Made by a program: the position numbers and the translations under genes. The notes under the pieces are model-generated. The model had not been told where the DNA came from and ran no database searches. It worked only from the letters and a program-made list of their open reading frames with translations. A stretch of 64,000 nt of DNA from an uncultured Candidatus Rokubacteria bacterium. GTDB taxonomy: Bacteria; Methylomirabilota; Methylomirabilia; Rokubacteriales; CSP1-6. Where the stretch lies: NCBI GenBank assembly GCA_963771355.1, contig CAVYTA010000007.1, positions 256,001 to 320,000 of the forward strand. Reading direction: 5' to 3'. Below are positions 9,393 to 18,864 of the stretch, one piece after another; position 1 is the first letter of the stretch, and every line of letters starts with the position of its first letter.

Positions 9393-10844
9393 CTAGCGCG
9401 GCAGGCGCGGAGGCTCGGCGCAGGTGCGCTCGACGTCCTCCACCGTCTTGGGGGTGCCCGCGGTGAGGACGTCGTTGCCGGCGGCGGTGACGAGCACGTC
9501 GTCCTCGATGCGGATGCCGATGCCGCGGTACTCGGGCGGAATCGGATGGACGATCTTTTCCGCGCGCGCCTTCTCCTCCTCCTCGATCTTCTTTGCCGCG
9601 GCCATGCCCAGCCGGAAGCGGCGCTCCCACATCTCTTCCTCGCTGTACTCGCGGAGGTGGAACGTCGCCGACTCCCGCTCGGGATCGACGTAGAGACCCG
9701 GCTCCACCGTGAGCACCATGCCGGGCTCCAGAGGCCGCGACTGGCGGCCGAGCTTGTAGTCGCCCACGTCGTGCACGTCCATGCCGAGCCAGTGGCCGGT
9801 GCCGTGCATGTAGAACTCGCGATAGTGGTGCATGGCCAGCGACTCCTCGAGGCCCCGGGGCAAGAGGCCGAGGGCCACCAGCCCTTCGGTGAGCACGCGC
9901 CGGGCCGCGTCATGCACCGCCTCGTAGCGGGCGCCGGGCCGCGCCGCCGCGATTCCCGCCAGCTGGGCGCGCAGCACCACCTCGTACATGCGACGCTGGG
10001 GGGTGGTGAAGCGGCCGTTCACGGGGAAGGTCCGGGTGATGTCGGCGGCGTGATAGCCCCACTCGCAGCCCGCGTCGATGAGGAGGAGGTCACCGTCCTC
10101 CATCCGTCGCCGGTTCTCGTTGTAGTGGAGGATGCAGGCGTTGGGCCCGGAGGCCACGATGGAGGGATAGGCATTGCGCGGGGAGCCGCCCTTGCGGAAG
10201 ACGAACTCCAGCGCCGCCTGCACCTCGTACTCGTACTGGCCCGGCTGCGCGAAGCGCATGGCCTCGACGTGAGCGTCGCGGCTGATCTCGCAGGCGCGAC
10301 GCTGGCGGGCCAGCTCCTCGGGGGCGCGGCGCAGGCGCAGCTCGTGGAGGATGGGCCCCGGGTCCTCGATGCGCACGGGGGCGGTGAAGCCGCGCACCCG
10401 GATCCCGCGCATCTCCGACACCAGGCGCGTGACGCGGGCGTCGTAGTGGGGATTGCCCAGCCGGTACACGAGGCTGGCGCGGTCGATCGCGTACTCCCGG
10501 AGCCGTGCGTCCAGCTCGTCGATGGTGTAGGCGGCATCGGCGCCGTAGGCGGCGATGGCCCCCTCCACCCCGGCCCGGCGCCCGGTCCAGATCTCCTGCT
10601 CCCGGTCGCGCGGCCGCACGAAGAGGACGAAGCGCTCCTTGGCGTGGGAAGGATTGAAGACCGCCACCGCGTCGGGCTCGTCGAAGCCGGTGAGGAAGTA
10701 GAAGTCGGAGTCCTGTCGGAACTCGAAGTCGGTATCGGCGTTGCGGGCCGCCTCGCGGGCGCCGGGGATGATGGCGAGCGCATCGCCCACCGCCTCCGCG
10801 AAGCGACGCCGGCGCTCGAGGAAGGGGACCAGGTCGGCGGCCAT
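9393..10844 (-). CDS. pepP: Xaa-Pro aminopeptidase
   Basis: FRQDSDFYFLTG, DITRTFP, HWLGMDVHD, EPGLY, GIRIEDD. Confidence 0.93.
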   Translation of the reverse strand: MAADLVPFLERRRRFAEAVGDALAIIPGAREAARNADTDFEFRQDSDFYFLTGFDEPDAVAVFNPSHAKERFVLFVRPRDREQEIWTGRRAGVEGAIAAYGADAAYTIDELDARLREYAIDRASLVYRLGNPHYDARVTRLVSEMRGIRVRGFTAPVRIEDPGPILHELRLRRAPEELARQRRACEISRDAHVEAMRFAQPGQYEYEVQAALEFVFRKGGSPRNAYPSIVASGPNACILHYNENRRRMEDGDLLLIDAGCEWGYHAADITRTFPVNGRFTTPQRRMYEVVLRAQLAGIAAARPGARYEAVHDAARRVLTEGLVALGLLPRGLEESLAMHHYREFYMHGTGHWLGMDVHDVGDYKLGRQSRPLEPGMVLTVEPGLYVDPERESATFHLREYSEEEMWERRFRLGMAAAKKIEEEEKARAEKIVHPIPPEYRGIGIRIEDDVLVTAAGNDVLTAGTPKTVEDVERTCAEPPRLPR

Positions 10845-10847
10845 GAC

Positions 10848-12014
10848 TCAGGCTCCCGCGCGGCGCTCGCGCTCCGCCACGTGCTTCTGGGCGGCCAGCA
10901 CCTTGGCCTGGCGGCCGGCGTCCATCAGCTCGGTGCGGCGGGAGGCGGCCCAGTTCATGCTGCTCTCGCGCCCGGCGTTGTCGCCGTTGAAGTGGGGGAG
11001 CACGTAGCGGGCGATGAGCTCGTAGCTCCGGATCGTCTGCGGGAAGTCGGCCCAGTTGTGCGCCATCTGGAGCAGGCAGCCGAAGCCGCCCGAATGCTGC
11101 TGCATCTCGGCGATGCGCCGGGTGGCGTCGTCGGGATCGCCGATCACCGCCAGGCCGGCGGCGATGAACTGCTCCACCTGCTCATCGGGAGTGCCGGTGA
11201 GCTCGAAGGGCAGCGCGATCACGTGCGTGTAGTAGTAGAGATACTTCTTGAGCCCGAAGCGGATGTTCTCCAGCGCCTGCGCGCGCGTCTCCGCCACGTG
11301 CATCGGCACCACCAGCCGCCAGGCGTCGCGGGAGGCGGTATGGCCGTGCTCGCGCGCCGTCTCGCTCCAGATCTGCCAGGTGTTGGGCAGCGCCATGTAG
11401 CCGGCGGTGGAGGTGGCGCCGATGGAGAGCAGGCCCATGCCGTACTTGCCGGCCAGCTTCGGCCCCGAGGGGGAGATCATCGCCGCCGCCGCCATCTCGA
11501 TGTGCGGGCGGCTCCACGGGCGGAGCTGCAGGCGCGCGTCCAGCAGCGAGAACCAGTCGGACTTGTGGGTCACCGTCTCGCCCCGGAGGAGCGGGAGGAT
11601 GACGGACAGCGCCTCGTCCTGCATGTCGCGCTGGCGTAGGGGATCGATGCCCAGCATCACCGCGTCCGAGGGCAGCGCCCCCGGGCCCACCCCGAACATC
11701 GCGCGCCCGCGCGTCTGGTGGTCGAGCTGCTGCATCCGGTCGGCCACGATGTACGGGTGGTGGTAGGGCAACGACACCACGCCGGTGCCGAGCCGGATGT
11801 GCCGGGTCCGCTCGGCGGCGGCGGCGATGAACAGCTCGGGCGAGGCGATGATCTCGTAGCCCGCGGAATGGTGCTCTCCCACCCAGGCCTCGTCGTAGCC
11901 GAGGCGATCGAGATGCTCGATGAGCTGGAAGTCACGCTCGATGGCGAGCGTCGGATTCTCGTCCACGGGATGGAAGGGCGCGAGGAAGATGCCGGCGCGG
12001 AGACGGTCGGTCAT
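10848..12014 (-). CDS. LLM-class flavin-dependent monooxygenase (limonene monooxygenase-like)
   Basis: GIFLAPFHP, WVGEHHSAG, LGTGVVSLPYHHP, GVGPGALPSD. Confidence 0.88.
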   Translation of the reverse strand: MTDRLRAGIFLAPFHPVDENPTLAIERDFQLIEHLDRLGYDEAWVGEHHSAGYEIIASPELFIAAAAERTRHIRLGTGVVSLPYHHPYIVADRMQQLDHQTRGRAMFGVGPGALPSDAVMLGIDPLRQRDMQDEALSVILPLLRGETVTHKSDWFSLLDARLQLRPWSRPHIEMAAAAMISPSGPKLAGKYGMGLLSIGATSTAGYMALPNTWQIWSETAREHGHTASRDAWRLVVPMHVAETRAQALENIRFGLKKYLYYYTHVIALPFELTGTPDEQVEQFIAAGLAVIGDPDDATRRIAEMQQHSGGFGCLLQMAHNWADFPQTIRSYELIARYVLPHFNGDNAGRESSMNWAASRRTELMDAGRQAKVLAAQKHVAERERRAGA

Positions 12015-12049
12015 GAGGCCCCCTTTTTTCAGGGCTCTAGCGTACCATG

Positions 12050-12078
12050 TTGACAGCCCCGCGAGAGTGCGGAACAAT
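12050..12078 (+). promoter_or_regulatory. putative sigma-70 promoter for the lyase-leuCD operon
   Basis: TTGACA-N17-AACAAT. Confidence 0.5.
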
Positions 12079-12154
12079 CCCGTTCGCCTCGAGTTTTCCG
12101 CGCGAGTCGGACACCGATCACCGAGGGCCCGGGCCCCGGAAAGGACTGCCGCCG

Positions 12155-13018
12155 ATGCGCAGCACCACGCGTCTCCGCCAGCTGCTCGCCGCGCCCGGTC
12201 TCATCGTGGCGCCCGGCGCCTATGACGGCTTCTCCGCGCGCCTCATCGAGGCGGCCGGCTTCTCGGTCGTGTACATGACCGGCGCCGGCACCGCGGCCTC
12301 CCACCTCGGGCAGCCGGATCTCGGCCTCGCCACCCTCACCGAGATGGCGAACCACGCCGCGCACCTCGCGAGCGCGGTCTCGCTCCCGGTGATCGCGGAC
12401 GCCGATACCGGGTACGGCAACGCGCTCAATGCGGTGCGGACGGTGCGGGAGTACGAGCGCGCGGGGGTGGCGGGGCTGCACATGGAAGACCAGGTGGCGC
12501 CCAAGAAGTGCGGCCACATTGCGGGGAAGCTCGTGGTGCCGGTGCGGGAGTTCGCCGAGAAGATCCGCGCCGCCTCCGAGTACCGGACGGATCCCGACTT
12601 CGTCATCATCGCGCGTACGGACGCGCGGGCGGTCACCAGCCTGGACGACGCCATCGAGCGCGGCAACCGCTACGCGGAGGCGGGCGCGGACCTCATCTTC
12701 GTGGAAGCCCCGCAGACGATGGACGAGATCCGCCGGGTGGCCCGGGAAGTGAAGGCGCCGCTGCTCGCCAACATGGTGCAGGGCGGAAAGACGCCCCGCG
12801 TGCCCACCGACGAGCTCGAGCGCCTCGGGTTCCGGATCGTCATCTTCCCCGCGGTGTGCATGGCCGCCGCCATTCCCGCCATCGAGCACGCGCTCGGGCT
12901 CCTCAAGGAGCGCGGCACCGACTGGCACGAGGGGCCGGTGCTCGCCCCCATGGACATCTTCCGGAAGGTCGGCTTCGACTGGTGGCATGCCGTCGAGGAG
13001 AAGTACACCGGCGCCTGA
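12155..13018 (+). CDS. isocitrate lyase/PEP mutase family C-C lyase (methylisocitrate/dimethylmalate lyase-like)
   Basis: [28 protein letters not shown]. Confidence 0.88.
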   Translation: MRSTTRLRQLLAAPGLIVAPGAYDGFSARLIEAAGFSVVYMTGAGTAASHLGQPDLGLATLTEMANHAAHLASAVSLPVIADADTGYGNALNAVRTVREYERAGVAGLHMEDQVAPKKCGHIAGKLVVPVREFAEKIRAASEYRTDPDFVIIARTDARAVTSLDDAIERGNRYAEAGADLIFVEAPQTMDEIRRVAREVKAPLLANMVQGGKTPRVPTDELERLGFRIVIFPAVCMAAAIPAIEHALGLLKERGTDWHEGPVLAPMDIFRKVGFDWWHAVEEKYTGA

Positions 13019-13025
13019 GCCATCC

Positions 13026-14438
13026 ATGAGCCCGGCCCCGCGCACGCTGTTCGAGAAGATCTGGAGCCGCCACGTCGTGACGGAGGGCGCCGGCGAGGTG
13101 AGCCTGCTCTACGTCGACCGGCTCCTCATGCATGACGGCGCCGTGCATACTTTCGACCGCCTCCGGAAGGCAGGACGGGCGGTACGCCGTCCGGATTCCA
13201 TCGCCGCCACCGCCGACCACTACGTGCCCACCGCGGGGGGGCGAGGCGCCATCGCGAACACGGAGGTCCGTGGCATGGTGGAGGCGATGGGGCGCCACAC
13301 CGCGGAGCTCGGGATCCCGTACTTCCCGCCCGGCGACACCCGTCAGGGGATCGTGCACGTCATGGGCCCCGAGCAGGGCTTCACCCTGCCGGGAATCACG
13401 CTGGTCTGCGGCGACTCCCACACCGCCACCCACGGGGCCTTCGGCTGCCTGGCCTTCGGCATCGGCTCCTCGGAGCTGGAGCACGTGCTGGCCACCTCGT
13501 GCCTCTGGCAGATGAAGCCGCGCGCGATGCGGATCCGCGTGGAGGGCGCCTGCCCGCCCGGCGTCGCCGCCAAGGACGTGATCCTCGCCATCATCGCGCG
13601 GATCAGCGCCGCCGGGGGCACCGGGCACGTGATCGAGTACGCGGGCCCGGCCATCGCCGCGATGTCCATGGAAGAACGGATGACGGTGTGCAACATGTCC
13701 ATCGAGGCCGGCGCCCGGGCGGGCATGGTGGCGCCCGACGCCCGCACCTACGCCTTCCTCGAGGGCCGGCCCTTCGCGCCCGCGGGCGCGCGCTGGGAGG
13801 AGGCGGTCGCCTTCTGGAAGACGCTGCCTACCGACGAGGACGCCACCTTCGACGCCGAGGTGACGCTCGACGCCTCCGCGCTCGCACCGACGGTCACCTG
13901 GGGCACCAGCCCCCAGGAAGCGCTGCCCATCACCGGACGCGTGCCGGATCCCGCCGACAGCCCGGATCCCGCCCGCCGCGCGGCGGTCGAGCGCATGCTC
14001 GCCTACATGGGGCTGGCCGCGAACACGCCGCTGACCGCGATCAGGATCGACCGCGTGTTCGTGGGCTCGTGCACCAACAGCCGTCTGGAGGACCTCCGCG
14101 CCGCCGCCGAAGTCGCGCGCGGGCGCCGCGTGGTGGTCCCGGCGTGGGCGGTGCCGGGCTCGGGGCTGATCAAGCAGGCCGCGGAGGCGGAGGGGCTCGA
14201 CCGCGTCTTCCGCGAGGCCGGCTTCGAGTGGCGCGAGCCGGGGTGCTCGATGTGCATCGGCATGAACGGCGACATCGGCCGCCCCGGCGAGCGGGTGGCG
14301 TCGACCTCGAACCGGAACTTCGAGGGCCGCCAGGGCAAGGGCGTGCGGACGCACCTCATGAGTCCCGCCATGGCGGCGGCCGCCGCCGTCACCGGCCGGC
14401 TCACCGACGTGCGGGCGCTCGTCCGCGAGGGGGCGTGA
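13026..14438 (+). CDS. leuC: 3-isopropylmalate dehydratase-like large subunit
   Basis: [36 protein letters not shown]. Confidence 0.85.
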   Translation: MSPAPRTLFEKIWSRHVVTEGAGEVSLLYVDRLLMHDGAVHTFDRLRKAGRAVRRPDSIAATADHYVPTAGGRGAIANTEVRGMVEAMGRHTAELGIPYFPPGDTRQGIVHVMGPEQGFTLPGITLVCGDSHTATHGAFGCLAFGIGSSELEHVLATSCLWQMKPRAMRIRVEGACPPGVAAKDVILAIIARISAAGGTGHVIEYAGPAIAAMSMEERMTVCNMSIEAGARAGMVAPDARTYAFLEGRPFAPAGARWEEAVAFWKTLPTDEDATFDAEVTLDASALAPTVTWGTSPQEALPITGRVPDPADSPDPARRAAVERMLAYMGLAANTPLTAIRIDRVFVGSCTNSRLEDLRAAAEVARGRRVVVPAWAVPGSGLIKQAAEAEGLDRVFREAGFEWREPGCSMCIGMNGDIGRPGERVASTSNRNFEGRQGKGVRTHLMSPAMAAAAAVTGRLTDVRALVREGA

Positions 14439-14440
14439 GG

Positions 14441-15052
14441 GTGGACGCCTTCACCACGCTCACCGCGGGGGCGGTGCCCTTCGACTTCGTCAACGTCGAC
14501 ACCGACCGGATCATTCCCGCGCGCTTCCTCCACAAGCCGCGCGGCGACGAGTATGCCGGCCTGCTCTTCCACGACGTGCGGTTCGACGAGGACGGCCACG
14601 AGCGGGCGGATTTCATCCTCAACCAGCCTGCCTTCCGCTCCGCGCGCGTCCTGGTGGCGAACGACAACTTCGGCTGCGGCTCCTCGCGCGAGCACGCGGT
14701 GTGGGCCTTGGCCGCCTACGGGATCCGCGCGGTGATCGCGCCATCCTTCGGGGACATCTTCTTCAACAACTGCTTCAAGGTGGGCGTGCTTCCGGTGGTG
14801 GTGACCCCGGAGACCGCCGCCGCCCTGCGACGCCAGCTGCACGCCATGCCGGGGGCGATGGTGACGGTCGATCTCGAGGCGCAGTCCGTGACCGCGCCGG
14901 ACGGCACCGTGATCCCGTTCGCGGTGGACGCGTTCCGCCGGCAGGGCCTCCTGCGCGGTCAGGACGAGATCGCCCTCACCCTGGAGCTCGCGCCCGCCAT
15001 CGCGGCCTTCGAGGGCCGGCGCCTCGCGGAGGAGCCCTGGCTGACCCGATGA
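14441..15052 (+). CDS. leuD: 3-isopropylmalate dehydratase-like small subunit
   Basis: NVDTDRIIPARFL, NFGCGSSREHA, SFGDIFFNN. Confidence 0.88.
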   Translation: MDAFTTLTAGAVPFDFVNVDTDRIIPARFLHKPRGDEYAGLLFHDVRFDEDGHERADFILNQPAFRSARVLVANDNFGCGSSREHAVWALAAYGIRAVIAPSFGDIFFNNCFKVGVLPVVVTPETAAALRRQLHAMPGAMVTVDLEAQSVTAPDGTVIPFAVDAFRRQGLLRGQDEIALTLELAPAIAAFEGRRLAEEPWLTR

Positions 15053-15915
15053 AGACACCGCTCTCGGTCTACCTCCCGTTCAATCGCGACGCGCTCCGCG
15101 GCGCCTTCGAGCCCGCCAAGAGCGGCGCGGTCCCGCCCACCCTGGAAGGCCACTGGCTGATCGTGCAGGATCAAGGTCTCCTGGTGGAGCCCGCCGGCGA
15201 GGGATTCCGTCTGCCCCGGGGCGCCGCGCCCAAGGGGCTGGGCGACGTCGCCGCCGAGCCGCTGTGGCTGGGGCAGTGGCACGGCGAGCCGTGCTGGGTG
15301 GTCGGGCTTGCCCGCGACGCCACCCCGCCCGCCGGCCTGCAGCGTGAGACGCTGGTGCCGATGCGCGGCACGAAGCTGCCCGACGAGCTCCTCTCGCTGG
15401 GCGGCATGGCCATGCAGGGCCTCTGGTGGGAGAGCACCAGCGGCCACTGTCCTCGCTGCGGCACGCGCACCGAGCGCATCGCCGGCGAGTGGGGCCGGCG
15501 CTGTGGCAGCTGCCGCTACGAGCATTACCCGCATCTGCATCCCGCCGTCATCGTGCTGGTCAAGGACGGCGACCGCGTGCTCCTCGCGCGCAAGCGCGAG
15601 TGGGCGCCGGGGCGCTATGCGCTGGTGGCCGGCTTCGTCGACAACGGCGAGTCCCTCGAGGGCGCGGTCGCTCGCGAGGTGAAGGAAGAAGTCGGCGTGG
15701 ACGTCACCGACATCCAGTACGTGGGCAGCCAGAACTGGCCGTTCCCCAGCCAGATCATGCTGGGCTTCGTCGCCACCTACGCCGGCGGCACGGTGGCGGT
15801 CGATCAGGAGGAGCTGGACGACGCGCGCTGGTTTCCCGCCGACGCGCTGCCCGACGGCCCCTCGCGTCACAGCATCGCGCGCTTCATCCTGGACACGCAC
15901 GCGCGGGGCCGCTAG
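15049..15915 (+). CDS. nudC: NAD(H) diphosphatase
   Basis: CxxCG...CxxC Zn ribbon, AGFVDNGESLE..REVKEE Nudix box, SQNWPFP. Confidence 0.9.
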   Translation: MKTPLSVYLPFNRDALRGAFEPAKSGAVPPTLEGHWLIVQDQGLLVEPAGEGFRLPRGAAPKGLGDVAAEPLWLGQWHGEPCWVVGLARDATPPAGLQRETLVPMRGTKLPDELLSLGGMAMQGLWWESTSGHCPRCGTRTERIAGEWGRRCGSCRYEHYPHLHPAVIVLVKDGDRVLLARKREWAPGRYALVAGFVDNGESLEGAVAREVKEEVGVDVTDIQYVGSQNWPFPSQIMLGFVATYAGGTVAVDQEELDDARWFPADALPDGPSRHSIARFILDTHARGR

Positions 15916-15956
15916 CCTCGCGTCCCTCTCACGTCACTCTCACAGGAGATCGCCCC

Positions 15957-16304
15957 ATGAGCATCACACGCTTGAGCGTCGGGCCACGCATCGCGGGCGC
16001 CGTCGTCCACGGTGACACCGTCTACCTCGCCGGACAGGTCGCCGCCGACGCCTCCGCGGGCGTGAAGGGCCAGACGGAGCAGATCCTGAAAAAGTTCGAC
16101 GAGCTGCTCGCGGCGGGGGGCTCGAGCAAGGCCAAGCTGCTGTCCGTCACGGTGTGGCTCGCGAACATGGGCAGCTACGACGAGATGAACGCGGCGTGGG
16201 ACGCGTGGGTGGATCCCAACGGCAAGCCGGCGCGGGCGACAGTGGAGTCGCGCCTCGCCAACCCAAAGTACCTGGTCGAAATCGCGGGAATCGCGGCGCG
16301 CTGA
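15957..16304 (+). CDS. RidA family protein
   Basis: VYLAGQV, MNAAWDAW, PARATV, LVEI; AGGAG RBS. Confidence 0.9.
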   Translation: MSITRLSVGPRIAGAVVHGDTVYLAGQVAADASAGVKGQTEQILKKFDELLAAGGSSKAKLLSVTVWLANMGSYDEMNAAWDAWVDPNGKPARATVESRLANPKYLVEIAGIAAR

Positions 16305-16328
16305 CCGCCTCCCGCGTAACATGTAACA

Positions 16329-16359
16329 GTGTAAGACTTTCCGTTGGAATCGTGTAAGA
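16329..16359 (+). promoter_or_regulatory. candidate enhancer (direct repeat GTGTAAGA x2)
   Basis: GTGTAAGA at 16329 and 16352 in an AT-rich patch about 95-125 bp upstream of a sigma-54 site. Confidence 0.4.
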
Positions 16360-16452
16360 AATTCTCGCGGGCCATTGGGGGGCGTCATGCCCGGCGGCGG
16401 AGCCTCGTCGGCGCACATCGTAGCCAACACCAATTATTCTCGACTCGAAAGG

Positions 16453-16468
16453 TGGCACGACGCCTGCT
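16453..16468 (+). promoter_or_regulatory. sigma-54 promoter
   Basis: TGGCACGACGCCTGCT: GG-N10-GC. Confidence 0.6.
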
Positions 16469-16482
16469 GTTGTTGCGCCTCC

Positions 16483-17181
16483 ATGAATGCACTACTCGCT
16501 CCCCGGACACCCGCCTCGTCTCCGCCCTCGTCTCCCGCCTTTCCCTCCGCGCCGTACGTGCGTGGCGGCGTGCTCGCTGCCGTGCGCCGACTGCGGTACG
16601 AGGTCTACTGTCTCGAGCGACGGTTCGTGGACGCCGCCACCTGCGCGGAAGGGCAGGAGAGCGACGAGTACGATCCCCACGCGGTGCACTTCGCGGCGAC
16701 CACCCCGTCGGGCTCGGTGGTGGCCACGCTCCGGCTGGTACTCGATTCGCCGCTGGGGTTTCCACTGGAAGCGCATGCGGACGGATTGATCGAGACGCGG
16801 CCGGGGACGGAGCGGACGCGCACCGGGGAGATCTCACGCCTCATCGTGGCGCCGGACTATCGCGCCGGCACCATCCGCCAGCCGCTGATGCTGTTAGGCC
16901 TGTTCCGGCACCTGTACGAGGAGTGCTGCCGGCTGGGCCTCGCCTACCTGGTGGCCGGCATGGAGGGCAGCCTCGCGCGCCTGCTCCGGCGCCTCGGCAT
17001 TCTCTTCCTGCCTCTCGGCGCCGCCATCAACTATTTTGGCGAGGTGGTGCCCTACGGCGCCACGGTGGCGTCGATGCGGCGAGGGTACGAGGAGGTCCTC
17101 GACTACGAGCGGACCTGCCTGATCGGAAGCGCCTCCCCATTCCGCTACTTCCGCGTGAGCGCGAAGGACCTTACCCGCTGA
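16483..17181 (+). CDS. PEP-CTERM/exosortase system-associated acyltransferase (GNAT/LuxI-like, N-acyl amino acid synthase type)
   Basis: LRYEVYCLE, ESDEYD, RLV..FPLE, GEISRL, MEGSLARLL, INYFG.VVPY. Confidence 0.75.
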   Translation: MNALLAPRTPASSPPSSPAFPSAPYVRGGVLAAVRRLRYEVYCLERRFVDAATCAEGQESDEYDPHAVHFAATTPSGSVVATLRLVLDSPLGFPLEAHADGLIETRPGTERTRTGEISRLIVAPDYRAGTIRQPLMLLGLFRHLYEECCRLGLAYLVAGMEGSLARLLRRLGILFLPLGAAINYFGEVVPYGATVASMRRGYEEVLDYERTCLIGSASPFRYFRVSAKDLTR

Positions 17182-17185
17182 GGGA

Positions 17186-18784
17186 CTAGATCCCGCGGCG
17201 GTAGACGATCTCGCCGCCGACCATGGTGAGGGCAGGGACGATGTCCTTGATCCGGCCCTCGGGACAGGTGAAGACGTCCTCGTCGAGCGCGACGAGATCG
17301 GCCCGCTTGCCGGCCTCCAGCGTGCCGGTCTCCCCTTCCTGGTGCGCGGCCTCTGCATTCCAGCTGGTGAAGGAGCGCACCGCCTCCTCGCGGGTCATGC
17401 GCTGGCCGGGTTGCCAGCCGCGATCCGCTCCGCTCCGCGGCCGCCGGGTCACCGCGGCGAAAATGCCGTGGAAGGGATTCGGGTCCTCGACGGGAAAGTC
17501 GGAGCCGCCCGCGATGCGCACTCCGGTGGCGAGGAGCGAGCGCCAGGCATAAGCGCCCCGCAGGCGGTCCGCGCCCAGGCGCTCCACCGCCCAGGGCATG
17601 TCGGAGGTGCAGTGCGTGGCCTGCATGCTCGGCATGACCCCCAGCCGCGCGAAGCGCCCGATATCGTCCGCGGCGAGGATCTGGGCATGCTCGATCCGCA
17701 GCCGGAGGGCCCGCGCGGCGGGACGCTCGCCCAGCACGCGCTCGAAGGTGTCGAGGACGAGGGTGTTGGCGCGATCGCCGATGGCGTGGACGCAGACCTG
17801 GAAGCCCCGTGCCGCCGCGTCCGCGGTGAGCCGATAGAGCTCGTCGGGCGGGATCAGCACCAGGCCGGTATTCTCCGGATCATCGCAGTAGGGGTGGTGG
17901 AGCGCGGCGCCGCGCGAGCCGAGCGCGCCGTCCGCGAGGAGCTTCAGCGCACGCACCACCACGCGGTCATCGCCCATGACCTCGGGCCCGCGGGCCCGGT
18001 AGTGATCCCACGTGGCCTCGTCGCGCCCGGCCACCGCCGCATAGTTGCGGAACGGGAAGTGCCCGCGCTCGACCAGCCGCCGGTAGGCGGCGAGGGTGCG
18101 GAGGTCCACGCCCATCTCATGGAGCCCGGTGAGACCCTTGGCCAGGCATTCCCCGATGGCGTCGCGAACCGCCGCGTCGAAGCGCGCGTCGTCGGGCGGC
18201 GGATGCACCTTCTGGACGAGACGCTGCGCCGTGTCCACCAGGAGCCCGGTGGGCTCGCCGCGAGGGTCGCGGACGACGATGCCGCCGGTGGGATCGCGCG
18301 TCTCGCGCGTGATGCCGGACGCGGCCAGCGCGGCCGAGTTGACCCAGGTGGCGTGGCCGTCGATCCGGACCAGCGCCACCGGGTGATCCGGCGCGGCGCG
18401 GTCGAGGGAGGCGCGGCTGGGCATCCGCATGCCCGGCCAGCGGTTCTGATCCCAGCCGCGTCCGCCGAGCCACTGGCCCTTGGGCATCCGCGCCGCGGCC
18501 TGCCCCACGCGGGTCGCGATCGCCTCCTCGGACGCGATCCCTCCCACGTCGAGGGTGAGCCGCGCCCGGGCCAGGTACATGAGATGCGCGTGACCGTCCA
18601 CGAGGCCGGGGAGCACGGCGCGACCGTCGAGATCGAGCACGGGCTCCGCCGCGGGCGCGTTGACCTCCGACCGCCGGCCGCAGAAGACGATACGGCCGTC
18701 GCGGAGGAGCAGAGTATCGGCAACGGCGGGGGCCGCCGGGAGGCCGTCCGTCATGGGATAGATCCGCGAATTGGTGAGCAGCAT
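17186..18784 (-). CDS. amidohydrolase 3 family (YtcJ-like)
   Basis: PGLVDGHAH, RIDGH, ADGALGSRGA, HAIGD, RIEHAQ, GSDFPVE. Confidence 0.9.
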   Translation of the reverse strand: MLLTNSRIYPMTDGLPAAPAVADTLLLRDGRIVFCGRRSEVNAPAAEPVLDLDGRAVLPGLVDGHAHLMYLARARLTLDVGGIASEEAIATRVGQAAARMPKGQWLGGRGWDQNRWPGMRMPSRASLDRAAPDHPVALVRIDGHATWVNSAALAASGITRETRDPTGGIVVRDPRGEPTGLLVDTAQRLVQKVHPPPDDARFDAAVRDAIGECLAKGLTGLHEMGVDLRTLAAYRRLVERGHFPFRNYAAVAGRDEATWDHYRARGPEVMGDDRVVVRALKLLADGALGSRGAALHHPYCDDPENTGLVLIPPDELYRLTADAAARGFQVCVHAIGDRANTLVLDTFERVLGERPAARALRLRIEHAQILAADDIGRFARLGVMPSMQATHCTSDMPWAVERLGADRLRGAYAWRSLLATGVRIAGGSDFPVEDPNPFHGIFAAVTRRPRSGADRGWQPGQRMTREEAVRSFTSWNAEAAHQEGETGTLEAGKRADLVALDEDVFTCPEGRIKDIVPALTMVGGEIVYRRGI

Positions 18785-18864
18785 CCGTCGATGATGGGGC
18801 CGATCTCCCCGGCAAGGCAAGGCCCGCGCGCCCGGTTGCGGTATCCTGGGACCCGGAATTTCCC

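Noticed and set aside
16483..17181. LuxI quorum-sensing synthase
   Set aside because: No luxR nearby, and the motifs fit the exosortase-associated acyltransferase family better.
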